Source: an uncultured Verrucomicrobiota bacterium
GTDB lineage: Bacteria; Verrucomicrobiota; Verrucomicrobiia; Limisphaerales; CAIMTB01
NCBI GenBank assembly: GCA_964389135.1
Contig: CAYMDA010000004.1
Location: forward strand, 72,832-136,831
DNA length: 64,000 bases
Direction of reading: 5' to 3'
Position 1 is the first letter of the stretch, and each line of letters starts with the position of its first letter. This document shows, in pieces, positions 39,343 to 48,203 of this stretch. The notes beneath the pieces are model-generated. The model saw nothing but the letters and a program-made list of their open reading frames with translations, had not been told where the DNA came from and searched no databases. The position numbers and the translations under genes were made by a program.

Positions 39343-40343
39343 TCGAGACCCTCAAGGTAGGAGGCCAGATCCTGCAGTTCGCCGGGCTCCAGCATGTCGA
39401 AGGAGGGCATGTGCACCGCCGGTTTCATGCGGTCGGCCCCGCTGATCCAGCGGGCCATCTGAGCCGGCGAGTTCTCCACGAGCGCCGCGCCGATGCTCAG
39501 GCGGCTGCCGATGTGGGTCAGGTCCGGCGCAATCAGCCCGTCGGCGGGCGTTCCACGGATCCGGTGGCAGGCGCCGCATCCGTGGGACAGGAAACTGCGT
39601 AGTCCGCGCTCCGCCTCCGGAGTGGCCGGCGCCGCCGCCTCACGGGCCTGCGCCACCAGCCATGCGTCGAACTCCGCCCGGTCGCTCACGATCACGTCGA
39701 ACGCCATGAGTGCGTGCGATCCCCCGCAGTATTCGGCGCAAATGCCGCGGAACCTCCCCGTCCGCGTCGGCTCCAGGAGAAGTCGCGTTCGCCTCCCCGG
39801 GATGTTATCCACCTTGCCCCCGAGTGCCGGGATCCAGAAGGAATGGATCACGTCACCCGCCTCGAGGTGGAACTCCACGGGCTCGTTCACGGGAAGCCGG
39901 ATTTCATTCGCGAGCTCGATGGGTCCTTCCCGCCCCGGGTATCGCACCCGCCACCACCATTGCTCCCCGATCACCTCGATCCGAAGACTTCCCTCGGGTG
40001 CGGGAGAAAGAAGACGCGGCATCAGGGAAAGGCCGTACGCCAGAAGCCCCGCAAGGACCACCGTGGGGAAGATCACGCCTCCCCCGATGATCATGCGTGC
40101 ATAGTCCCGGCTCTCCGGCCCCGGCGGAACACGGATCGCGTGGATCGCCGCCCCCACCACGATGGTCCACACGATCCCCGCGCCGAGGGTCATCCACCAG
40201 AACAGATCACGAAGTTCCTCCGCGGCGCGGCCCGCCGGGTCGAGTGCCGACTGACGCCCGGTGCAACCCGCCAGACCGATGACCAGCATGACGCCGGCCG
40301 TCCGCCAGATCGGGCCCCATCTGGACTGCGGCCGCCCCCCCAT
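39339..40343 (-). CDS. ctaC: Cytochrome c oxidase subunit II fused to a C-terminal cytochrome c domain
   Basis: Lipoprotein-like signal (..VIGLAGCTG), two TM helices, CuA site ..VIHSFWIPALGGK..GICAEYCGGSHALM.., then ..FLSHGCGACHRIRG.. (CxxCH). Its stop overlaps the subunit I ATG (ATGA). Confidence 0.9.
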   Translation of the reverse strand: MGGRPQSRWGPIWRTAGVMLVIGLAGCTGRQSALDPAGRAAEELRDLFWWMTLGAGIVWTIVVGAAIHAIRVPPGPESRDYARMIIGGGVIFPTVVLAGLLAYGLSLMPRLLSPAPEGSLRIEVIGEQWWWRVRYPGREGPIELANEIRLPVNEPVEFHLEAGDVIHSFWIPALGGKVDNIPGRRTRLLLEPTRTGRFRGICAEYCGGSHALMAFDVIVSDRAEFDAWLVAQAREAAAPATPEAERGLRSFLSHGCGACHRIRGTPADGLIAPDLTHIGSRLSIGAALVENSPAQMARWISGADRMKPAVHMPSFDMLEPGELQDLASYLEGLE

Positions 40344-40352
40344 GTCCCGGCC

Positions 40353-40592
40353 TCAGGCGACCGGTCCCTTGCGCCCGAAGATCAGGCTGATCACGAAGAT
40401 CACGAGAAACACGACAAACAGGATCTTCGCGATCGTGGCCGCCGTGCCCGCAAGTCCGGTGAATCCAAGCACGCCTGCGATGAGTGCGACGACGAGGAAT
40501 ATCAATGCCCAGCTCAACATGTTCTTGTTCCTTTTTCCGAGTTGCCCGCCAGCCTGCCCCGCAGAGTCCCGCCCGGAACCGCGCGGCATCAT
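40353..40592 (-). CDS. DUF1328-family small membrane protein (YtjA-like)
   Basis: [49 protein letters not shown] is the textbook DUF1328 sequence. It ends 9 nt before the oxidase subunit II start, on the same strand. Confidence 0.8.
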   Translation of the reverse strand: MMPRGSGRDSAGQAGGQLGKRNKNMLSWALIFLVVALIAGVLGFTGLAGTAATIAKILFVVFLVIFVISLIFGRKGPVA

Positions 40593-40758
40593 GCGGGCCC
40601 ATCGCAGAAGTCATGCCGTGAAGGAAGACGCGGGATTTCAGCATTCTGCATGGGAACACCTCGCATTGCGCCACCCAGTCACACGCATTGTGCAATGAAT
40701 CGTGCGAGGGAGCCGCAGGACGCACGACTCGCGATCTCTGTGCTCGCACAGACTGGGT

Positions 40759-41349
40759 CTACGTCTCGCAAGAACTACGGGGGGGACGCCACATCCGCCG
40801 GCAACCTGCGCGGTGATCGGACGGCTCGTGATCGGGAAGGTCTCTTTCGTGGTGCGCCCGGGCGCGGGAAGACCAGGGCGGCACCTGAAGGATCCAGACC
40901 ACCGTCCCAGGCAGGGAGCACGCGAGAGTATTTCGCATCGGCATTTCACGGGCCCCGCCCGGAATGCTGATCAGCGAGTGAAGTCCGGGTGCGAGCCGGC
41001 AGAGGTCAGGGCCTTCGACCCGTGCCGGTTGAACCAGTCTTCCGCCCCGGTCTGCATCCGACCGGGGCAGGGTCAGCCATTTGCCGTCCTGATCCGCCCA
41101 TTCGAAGGAGATCCCGGATGCGAAGCCGCCGGCGTAGGACGTAGTACCGCGGAAGCTGCCCGACGATCGATCCCGCGACACCCACGACGAGACCATGACG
41201 AAGTTGATGAAGCCCTGTGCGGAGGTAAAACCCGCAAGCCGCATGATCAGTTCCGAAGGGATCGGCGGGAAAACGTTCTCAAGGTGCATCCGCATCAGCA
41301 CCCCGCCGCATCCCATGTGCCCAACCAGCGATGTCGCCCATTTGCTCAT
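40759..41349 (-). pseudogene. DedA/SNARE-associated family membrane protein, apparently decayed by multiple frameshifts
   Basis: The track frame gives the DedA signature ..LENVFPPIPSELIMRLAGF.., ..WADQDGKWLTL.. and ..RLAPGLHSLISIPGG... The stretches in between read like DedA only in other frames (LVVGVAGSIVGQLPRYYV in the -1 frame at about 41191-41138; AEDWFNRHGSKAL in the +1 frame at 41045-41007). In the track frame the expected TM helices are replaced by S/R/G/P-rich sequence. Confidence 0.5.
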
Positions 41350-41543
41350 GGTCGGTTCCCCCCGACTCCCCGACTTCCGACGAGCGCTGTGACACGGACG
41401 CCACGGCGGTTGCCCGGGAAGGTCATTCATGATGTCAATGGCGCACCCCCGATTTTCGATGAGCCAGGAAAGGCCCGGCGGCGTATACCCGCACCTATCC
41501 GGTCGCGATCAGTGGAATGTCCCCGGCATCGCGCCCGACGCCT

Positions 41544-44539
41544 ATGACCATCGCCATTCTCCTGTCGCTTCTCAGCATGCTCGTGGCTCTCGCCGCGCTG
41601 GCCCGGGCGGGAGCCGCCGCCCGCTTTCACGAGCGCGCTGGCCAGGATTTCAGCGAGCTCGAGCAACGAATCCGTGAGCTGGAGCACCGCTGGGACGCGA
41701 GACTTGCGGAGCGCCCGCTCCCGTCGCGCCCGCGGGCTTTCGTTGCCCCGGCGCCCGTCCCGGATCGGGCTCCCGGCACGGCCGCCACGGGACCCGGGTC
41801 GAGCGCGCCTGCGCCTCCGGTCATCGGGCCCTCGAGTCCGGTGGCGCCGGTCAAGGCTGCACCCGGGGCGGTGCCGGCCATGCCTGTCGGACAGCCGGTT
41901 TACGCCACGGCGGAATCGAACCCCTCCGAGTGGGGCGCCGTCGATCTGGAGCGTTTCATGGGCGTGCGTCTCTTCGCATGGCTTGGAGGCCTTGCCCTTT
42001 TCCTCGGCGTGGCCTGCTTCGTGAAGTTCTCGTTTGACCGAGACCTGCTTTCGCCGTCGGCGCGGGTTGCCATCGGCCTCCTTTCCGGTCTCGGTCTGAT
42101 CGGGGGCGGGATCCGCCTCGGCCAGCGCGCTTATGCCGTCACTTCACAGACGCTCTGTGGCACAGGCGTGGTGATCCTTTATGCGTCCCTGTTCGCGGGA
42201 CATGCACGATACGACCTCCCGTGGCTGCCCCAGTGGGTGACATTCGGGTGCATGAGCGCCGTGACCGCCGGCGCCTTTCTGCTCGCCGTTCGAATGCACG
42301 CCCGGGTCGTTGCCATCCTCGGCGTACTCGGCGGGTTCCTCACCCCGATACTTTTGTCCTCGGGACAGGCCAGCACCGCCGCCCTGTTCACCTACATCGG
42401 GCTGCTTGACGCGGGATTGCTCGCGATCGCCGTCCGATGCCGCTGGAGTTCCCTGGCTCCCATGGGCGCAGGGAGCACGGTGGTCCTCCAGCTGCTCTGG
42501 ACCGCGGAACGTTTTCACCTCGGCAAGGGGTGGGTCGCATGGGCGATCTTCTGCGCGCTCGCGGCTCTCTTCGTCACGGCATTCATGGTGGACGCGCGGC
42601 AGGACCGTCCGAAGCGACCCGCTTTCGCCGCGGCGACCATCGTCATGGGGGCATGGCTTCTTTTCATGGGCGCATGGCTGATCACGCCGGCGTTCGGGGA
42701 CGCTCATCCGGCCCTGCCCTTCGCATTCGTACTGGCGGCGGACCTGATCCTGCTCACGGTGCTGCTCTGGCATCCCGCATGGGCCGTGTGTCACGTGGCC
42801 GGCGGACTCGCAGCCTTCGGACTGATCACCGCGTGGCAGGCGCAGCATGCCCGCCGCGACATGATCGGCTGGGCTCTCGTCCTGATCCTCGGCTTCGCGC
42901 TGCTGCATAGCGTGGTCCCGCTCGTGATCGCTCGAAAGCGGGGCGCCACCACCGCAGGCGCAGCCTCCCCGGACGTCGGTTTCGCCCCGTGGTTTCCCGC
43001 CCTCGCGACGGGAATCCTCATCGTTCCCATCGTCAGTATGGCGGAGACGTCTTTCGCCATCTGGCCGGTGATTCTCCTCCTGAACCTGGTCGCGCTCTTC
43101 GTCGCCTTCACGATGCGAACCTACGCGGGAGCTCTGGCCGCCCTCCTGATCACCATGGTGGTCAACGGCGTCTGGATCAGCCGGCTGTCGGAACGCGCCA
43201 GTCCTCCCGTCGCGGGAACGCTGACGGAGGTTGCCCTCATGGCCGCCCTCTTCGCAGGTGCCGCGGGATTCCTCGCGCGCCGGGCATGGCGAGAATCCGG
43301 AGCCGATGGGAATCAGGCCGTGGCGCTTGCGGTCACCGCGATGGCCATGCCCTTCGTGCTGCTGTCCCAGCTGGTGATCCAGCTTCCCATGCCTGACCCG
43401 TCCGGACCCTTCGCGGCCGCCCTCGTGATCGTGCTCATCGCCATGGGTTTGGCTGGGTTCCTGCGCGTCGGGTTGCTCCCACCCATTGTCCTCGGTGGCA
43501 TTTCGATGGTCCAGGTCGCATGGCTGGAGAACCAACTGCCTGGCGCCGGGACTCCGCTCCGTCTCATCGGGTGGAGTATCCTTGTTGTCACTGTCTTCAC
43601 GATCGCGCCGGTGGCCTGGAAGGCGCTGGGCGACCTGCGGCTGATGTGGCCCACGGCGGCGCTCGCGGGCATCCCGCAGTTCTACTTCGTCTACCAGGTG
43701 ATGGAGCGGTTCTGGCCAGGCCGAGTGAATGGACTGCTGCCACTCGCGTTCGCGATTCCGCCTTGTCTTCTGCTGACCGCCGTGTGCCGGTCTCTTCCCG
43801 ATCCGTTCCGAAACGAGCGGATCGCCTGGTGGGAGGTGCCGTTCTCTTGTTCATCACCGCGTCGCTGCCCGTTCAGTTCGAGCGGGAGTGGCTCACCGTG
43901 GGACTCGGGCTCGAGGCTGCCGCGCTCGCCGCCCTCAGTATCCGCGTGCCCCATCGCGGACTCCATGTTGTTGCCGCCGGGCTCATCATGGTTGCTTCGG
44001 TGCGTGCACTCTTCCTGCCGTTCGACGAACCGTTGTTCCGCGGAACCTATCCGTTCCTGAATCCATGGATGTACACGCATGCGGCCGTGGCAGCCGCCGC
44101 GTTGGTCAGCGCCCGGCTGATGAGGGACGGGGGGCCGCTCCGCGTCGCCGCGATCGCTTGCGGAACGGTCGTCCTGTTCCTGCTGGTGAACGCGCAGATC
44201 GCGGACTTCTTCACCGAGCCCGGGGAAAGGGTGCGCTTCGTCGTGACGGACAACGTGGCCCGGGGCATGACCCACACGATCGCATGGGCCGTTTTCGCCT
44301 TCGGACTGGTCGGGGCAGGGCTGACCGGGAGGGTTGCCGGCCTTCGCTGGGCCGGCATCGCCCTCCTGGGCCTCGCGACGCTCAAGCTCTTCCTGAGCGA
44401 TCTCGCCCGCCTCGAGCAGCTCTATCGCGTCGGAGCGCTCGTCGGCGTGGCGGTCGTTGCGATCGGCGCGTCCATGCTCTACCAGCGCTTCCTGGCGCAG
44501 GAGCGTGATCGCTCCGTCCCTAAGGCGCCGGCGGGGTGA
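41544..44539 (+). pseudogene. DUF2339-family polytopic membrane protein, interrupted by one apparent frameshift near 43824-43838
   Basis: N-terminal TM plus coiled region (..ELEQRIRELEHRWD..), a Pro-rich linker, then at least 20 hydrophobic spans (..FMGVRLFAWLGGLALFLGVACFVKFSFD..). The sensible reading continues in the -1 frame after ..RNERIAW (GGAVLLFITASLPVQFEREWLTVGLGLEAAALA.. to the stop at 44539). The original frame turns into S/P/C/R-rich nonsense. Confidence 0.6.
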
Positions 44540-45161
44540 GGTGGGGCGGACTGTTCACCGGCTGCCGGGGCGGCACACCCGTCCCGACGCTCGCGCCCGA
44601 GGTCGTGGAGGCGGTCGTGGCGGACCCCGACTCCGCCTTCGCGGTCGCTGTCGCCTCTCCCGCGGTGGATACGTCCGAGACACCCGCGTCGTGGAACAGC
44701 CGGTGCGCGCGATCCACCTCATCCGAGGTTTCCGCGTGGACCGAGATCAGAATGCCTCCCTCCTTGACGCGGCCCTCGTAGCGTTTGGCCTCATACTCCG
44801 GAATGCCGAGCCCGATGAGGGCCCCGGTGACCCCACCCACGGTCGCGCCCAGGGCGGCCCCGCTCAATGCGGCCATCAGTGGCCCCGCAGCCACGAACGG
44901 TCCAAGTCCCGGAATGGCGAGCGCGCCAATGCCCGCAAGCCAGCCGAGCGCGCCACCGACGGCGCCGCCTGTGCCGGCGCCCGCCGCGGCTCCTTCCGGC
45001 GCTTTCGTATGTTTCTCGTGCGCGAACTCCCGGGTGCTCGATTTGTCCGGGAAAAGCACGGAAATGTCGTTGTGCGAGAATCCTTCGGCCCGGAGCCGGT
45101 CCACCAGGCTCTCGGCCTGTGCATAGGAGCTCGCAATCCCGATAACAGATTTCTTGGCCAT
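44520..45161 (-). CDS. General stress protein (YflT/GSP17M-like domains flanking a glycine-zipper segment)
   Basis: MAKKSVIGIASSYAQAESLVDRLRAEGFSHNDISVLFP.. and ..GIPEYEAKRYEGRVKEGGILISVHAETSDEVDRAHRLFHDAG.. resemble the YflT-type stress domain. The central GAVGGALGWLAGIGALAIPGLGPFVAAGPLMAALSGAALG is a glycine zipper. Confidence 0.6.
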   Translation of the reverse strand: MAKKSVIGIASSYAQAESLVDRLRAEGFSHNDISVLFPDKSSTREFAHEKHTKAPEGAAAGAGTGGAVGGALGWLAGIGALAIPGLGPFVAAGPLMAALSGAALGATVGGVTGALIGLGIPEYEAKRYEGRVKEGGILISVHAETSDEVDRAHRLFHDAGVSDVSTAGEATATAKAESGSATTASTTSGASVGTGVPPRQPVNSPPHLTPPAP

Positions 45162-45543
45162 GGAAATGCGGTGTTCGAAGTGAAGGCGGTTCACACACGT
45201 GGTGCCCCGTCGATGTTGTTCTGCCCTTCACGAAGCAGTCGCTGGGCCAGAGGAATCAGACAGCCTCGCAGTGCCCGGGGACTGGGGATCGCCTGTCAAA
45301 GGCAGCCGGCCGGTGGAACATCGTGCAGTCTGCATATCGCGGACGTATGCAAATCGGAGGTTGCGCAGCGCCCGTCCCCCGACGCGGCCTTTCTCAAGGC
45401 TTCGAATCACGCGTTGCCCCAGCGAAGAGGCCGCTGCGCGGTGGTTCGCGATGAGGGACGGACCGGCCGGGTTCCATTCAATCGTCGAGAAACGAAGGCG
45501 GACGGAAATCATCCGGCGCCCCGCGTGGCGGTCTGGGCCACGG

Positions 45544-45960
45544 TCAGATGTAATACATCTTCCGATCGGTGCCCTCATCCGCCAGCGCCTGGAAGTTGAT
45601 GGAGTCCATGGCACTGTCGATCGAGTCCCGAAGCCGTCGCCACGCATCGCGCAGTTCCGGCGGACATTGCGGGTTTTGAATCGCGGGTGTGTCGAACCCC
45701 TGCCCGTGAACACACCGGATGACGTCACCCAGCGTGATCTTCTCCGCCGGCCGCGCGAGTTCGTATCCGCCCTCCTTGCCCCGGTGACTGCGAACAATTC
45801 CGTGCGCCTTCAGTTCGAGCAGAATCTGGACGAGATAGCCCGCGGGTATCCCGTTCTCATTCGCAAGGGTCTCCACCGGTACCGGCGCGCCCGAGTGCGC
45901 CCGCCGCGCCAGACTCAGAATCGCCCGCGCGGCATAGTCGCTCTTCACCGACAGCTTCAC
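45544..45960 (-). CDS. Rrf2-family transcriptional regulator
   Basis: MKLSVKSDYAARAILSLARR..VETLANENGIPAGYLVQILLELKAHGIVRSHRGKEGGYELARP.. is the Rrf2 winged-helix pattern. I did not see the three-Cys cluster typical of IscR/NsrR. Confidence 0.85.
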   Translation of the reverse strand: MKLSVKSDYAARAILSLARRAHSGAPVPVETLANENGIPAGYLVQILLELKAHGIVRSHRGKEGGYELARPAEKITLGDVIRCVHGQGFDTPAIQNPQCPPELRDAWRRLRDSIDSAMDSINFQALADEGTDRKMYYI

Positions 45961-46035
45961 GGCAGCACCCTACGGCGGCGCTGCGGGCTCTTCAGCCAAA
46001 TTCACCCGCGGCGGCAAGGCGCGCCCAGCCGAACC

Positions 46036-46923
46036 TCATGCTCTCGAATCCGCCTCCGGCCGCCGGGAGACCCAGATCCCGCCGATCAACAGCAGACCCC
46101 CCGCAGCCTGACCCGCGCTCAGCGATTCCCCGAATGCGAACCATGCCGCGACCACCGCCACAAGCGGCTGCACGAGGAGCGTCAGGGACGAGTGACTCGC
46201 GGGCAGCCTCGCGAATCCATAGGTGATCAGGCCCTGGCCCGCGATCTGGCCGCTCAGCGCCAGTCCCACCAGGACCAGCCATCCCCTTCGCGTGTCCGGG
46301 AGAAGGGGCTCGCCCAGGCCCGTCGCCATCAGCCCCAGCAGCGGCGCGCTGACGGCCGAGCTCAGGAACAACACCCGGCCAGTCGGCAGGCTCCGGCACA
46401 GCCTCGCCACGCAGAGCTGGTAGGCCCCGTAGAAGAGCGCTGTCGCGATTCCGAGCAGGTCCCCCCGAAAGTTCTCCGGGTTCGCCCGGAAGCTTGCACC
46501 CGTGAGCAGCCACGCACCCACAAGGGCCATCGTCATTCCCCGAAGAAAGGCCCGGCTCACGCGCTCCGCGAGGAACATCCATGCACCCCACGTTACGAAC
46601 ACCGGCGCAAGGTTCGCCAGGAGCGTCGCGTTCGCCACCGAGGTCTTCTGCACCGACAGGTGCCATGCACCGAGATCCAGTGAGAAACACGCACCCGCTC
46701 CGATCACCCATGCCACCGGCACGCGCATCGGACCGCCCGCCCGCAGCGGCCGCTGCCGCAATGCCCAGATTCCAAGGAACGGGAGCGCAATGGACACTCG
46801 ATAGAACGCCGTGGCCACCGCCCCGACCTCGCTCCACCGCACGAAGAGCGGCGCGATCCCGATGCACACGGCCCCCGCCACAAGCGCGGCGAGTCCACGC
46901 CCCTCCTCGCGCCTGCCGTTCAT
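46036..46923 (-). CDS. EamA/DMT-family transporter
   Basis: From MNGRREEGRGLAALVAGAVCIGIAPLFVRW..: about 10 TM helices in two EamA halves. The ATG is the complement of 46921-46923. Confidence 0.8.
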   Translation of the reverse strand: MNGRREEGRGLAALVAGAVCIGIAPLFVRWSEVGAVATAFYRVSIALPFLGIWALRQRPLRAGGPMRVPVAWVIGAGACFSLDLGAWHLSVQKTSVANATLLANLAPVFVTWGAWMFLAERVSRAFLRGMTMALVGAWLLTGASFRANPENFRGDLLGIATALFYGAYQLCVARLCRSLPTGRVLFLSSAVSAPLLGLMATGLGEPLLPDTRRGWLVLVGLALSGQIAGQGLITYGFARLPASHSSLTLLVQPLVAVVAAWFAFGESLSAGQAAGGLLLIGGIWVSRRPEADSRA

Positions 46924-46927
46924 CGCA

Positions 46928-47224
46928 TCACGAACCCAGGCGCTGCACCACCGTCTCCGCCGAAATCCCTTCCGCCAGCACCACCTTCTGACGGGACTTG
47001 CCCCCGCGGACAATCCGTATCGCACCACGCCGGCAACCCAGCTTCTCCGCCAGCAACTCGAGCACGGCCTCGTTCGCCGCGGCATCCACCGGCGGCGCAG
47101 TCACCCGTACCCGGAGCAGCTCACCGTCCGCAGGATCCACCCCGTTGCGGCTCGCCCGCGGCTGGACCTTCAGCCGCAGCTCCGCGCCGGTCACCGTATC
47201 TCGAATCCACGATGGCAGCCCCAT
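46928..47224 (-). CDS. DUF167 (YggU-like) protein
   Basis: ..AELRLKVQPRASRNGV..LRVRVTAPPVDAAANEAVLELLAEKLGCRRGAIRIVRGGKSRQKVV.. is the characteristic YggU pattern. Confidence 0.8.
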   Translation of the reverse strand: MGLPSWIRDTVTGAELRLKVQPRASRNGVDPADGELLRVRVTAPPVDAAANEAVLELLAEKLGCRRGAIRIVRGGKSRQKVVLAEGISAETVVQRLGS

Positions 47225-47270
47225 GCCCCGTCACGCTGCGCGCCCCGCCACCAGCGGCAAAGGAAAATCC

Positions 47271-48035
47271 CTACCCGTTCAGCCGGTGGAAGCGTGCGAT
47301 CGGAAAATTTCTCCCGGGACACAGAGTGTGTTCCCCCTTGATCTCCCGATGCACCAGGATTGTCGGCCGATCCTGCAGAAGCGTTGTCTTCAGGAAACGG
47401 ACGAGCTCCAGCGCCGCGGCAATCTGCCGCGCCGTCGGCCGCCCCCGCTCGAAGTCGCCCACAAGGCAGATCCCGATCGAGTTCTCGTTGTACGCAAGAC
47501 TCCGAACGTGCCCCCCCTGGATCTGGCGCCGCCAGCGGTCCCCGACCTCGATCTCGCCATCCGCCGAATCCGTCCCGTTTCCCACGATGAAGTGGTATGC
47601 CAGACCGTTCTCCATCCGGCGATGGTGGCGATGATAACGATCGAAAATGGCCGCATTCCCGTTCGCCGTGGCGCTGTGATGCATCACGATGTGCCGCCAC
47701 TTCGAGGGCTGAAGATTCGAGATGGTGATCTGGCCACGAACCGCCGCCAGCAGCGGATACGCGGGCTCCCCCCCCAGGCGGAGCTGCTGGCCAGGGAGGA
47801 TCTTGTCCGTCTGAAGCCCGTTCAACTCCCGCAGCTTGCTCAGCGCAATCCCGTGCTGCGCCGCGATCTCCGACAGCGTGTCCCCGCGTCGAACAATGTG
47901 CACCGCCGGGGCGCCCAGCACCGAGGTCATCCCCGAAACACCCCACGCGCCCGCCGTGCAGGCCAGCCGCCAGAGAAACGTACGGCGGGAGTCCAGGCCC
48001 CGAGCCCTCTCCCGCGGCGATAGGCGTCGCGGCAT
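47271..48035 (-). CDS. LysM-domain N-acetylmuramoyl-L-alanine amidase (Amidase_2/PGRP type), Tat-like signal
   Basis: ..SRRTFLWRLACTAGAWG.. (twin-Arg-like signal), LysM (..HIVRRGDTLSEIAAQHGIALSKLRELNGL..LPGQQLRL), then ..IVMHHSAT..GLAYHFIVGNG..SIGICLVGDF..HREI..TLCPG.. (Amidase_2). The start could be 48035, 48065 or 48179. Confidence 0.8.
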   Translation of the reverse strand: MPRRLSPRERARGLDSRRTFLWRLACTAGAWGVSGMTSVLGAPAVHIVRRGDTLSEIAAQHGIALSKLRELNGLQTDKILPGQQLRLGGEPAYPLLAAVRGQITISNLQPSKWRHIVMHHSATANGNAAIFDRYHRHHRRMENGLAYHFIVGNGTDSADGEIEVGDRWRRQIQGGHVRSLAYNENSIGICLVGDFERGRPTARQIAAALELVRFLKTTLLQDRPTILVHREIKGEHTLCPGRNFPIARFHRLNG

Positions 48036-48203
48036 CTCGTCGGACCTTTCACCGGCATTCTCCATTCCAGCGTTCACTGCAGAGTTCGAAACCGTGGCTC
48101 GCCGCGGTCGAGGATGATCGCCCGGAAGGATGCGCACTCCCGGTCTCAACCCACGTTCCACCACAGGCTCCCGCGCCACCTCAAGCCCAAAGTCCGCCGC
48201 GAG

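Noticed and set aside
40638-40949. 103-aa minus-strand ORF (MKCRCEILSR..)
   Set aside because: It is an alternative frame of the DedA relic. It is Cys/Arg/Pro-rich and not protein-like on its own.
43824-43838. Programmed ribosomal frameshift in the DUF2339 gene
   Set aside because: There is no slippery heptamer, no obvious stimulatory structure, and no precedent I know of for this family. Mutation or assembly indel is more parsimonious.
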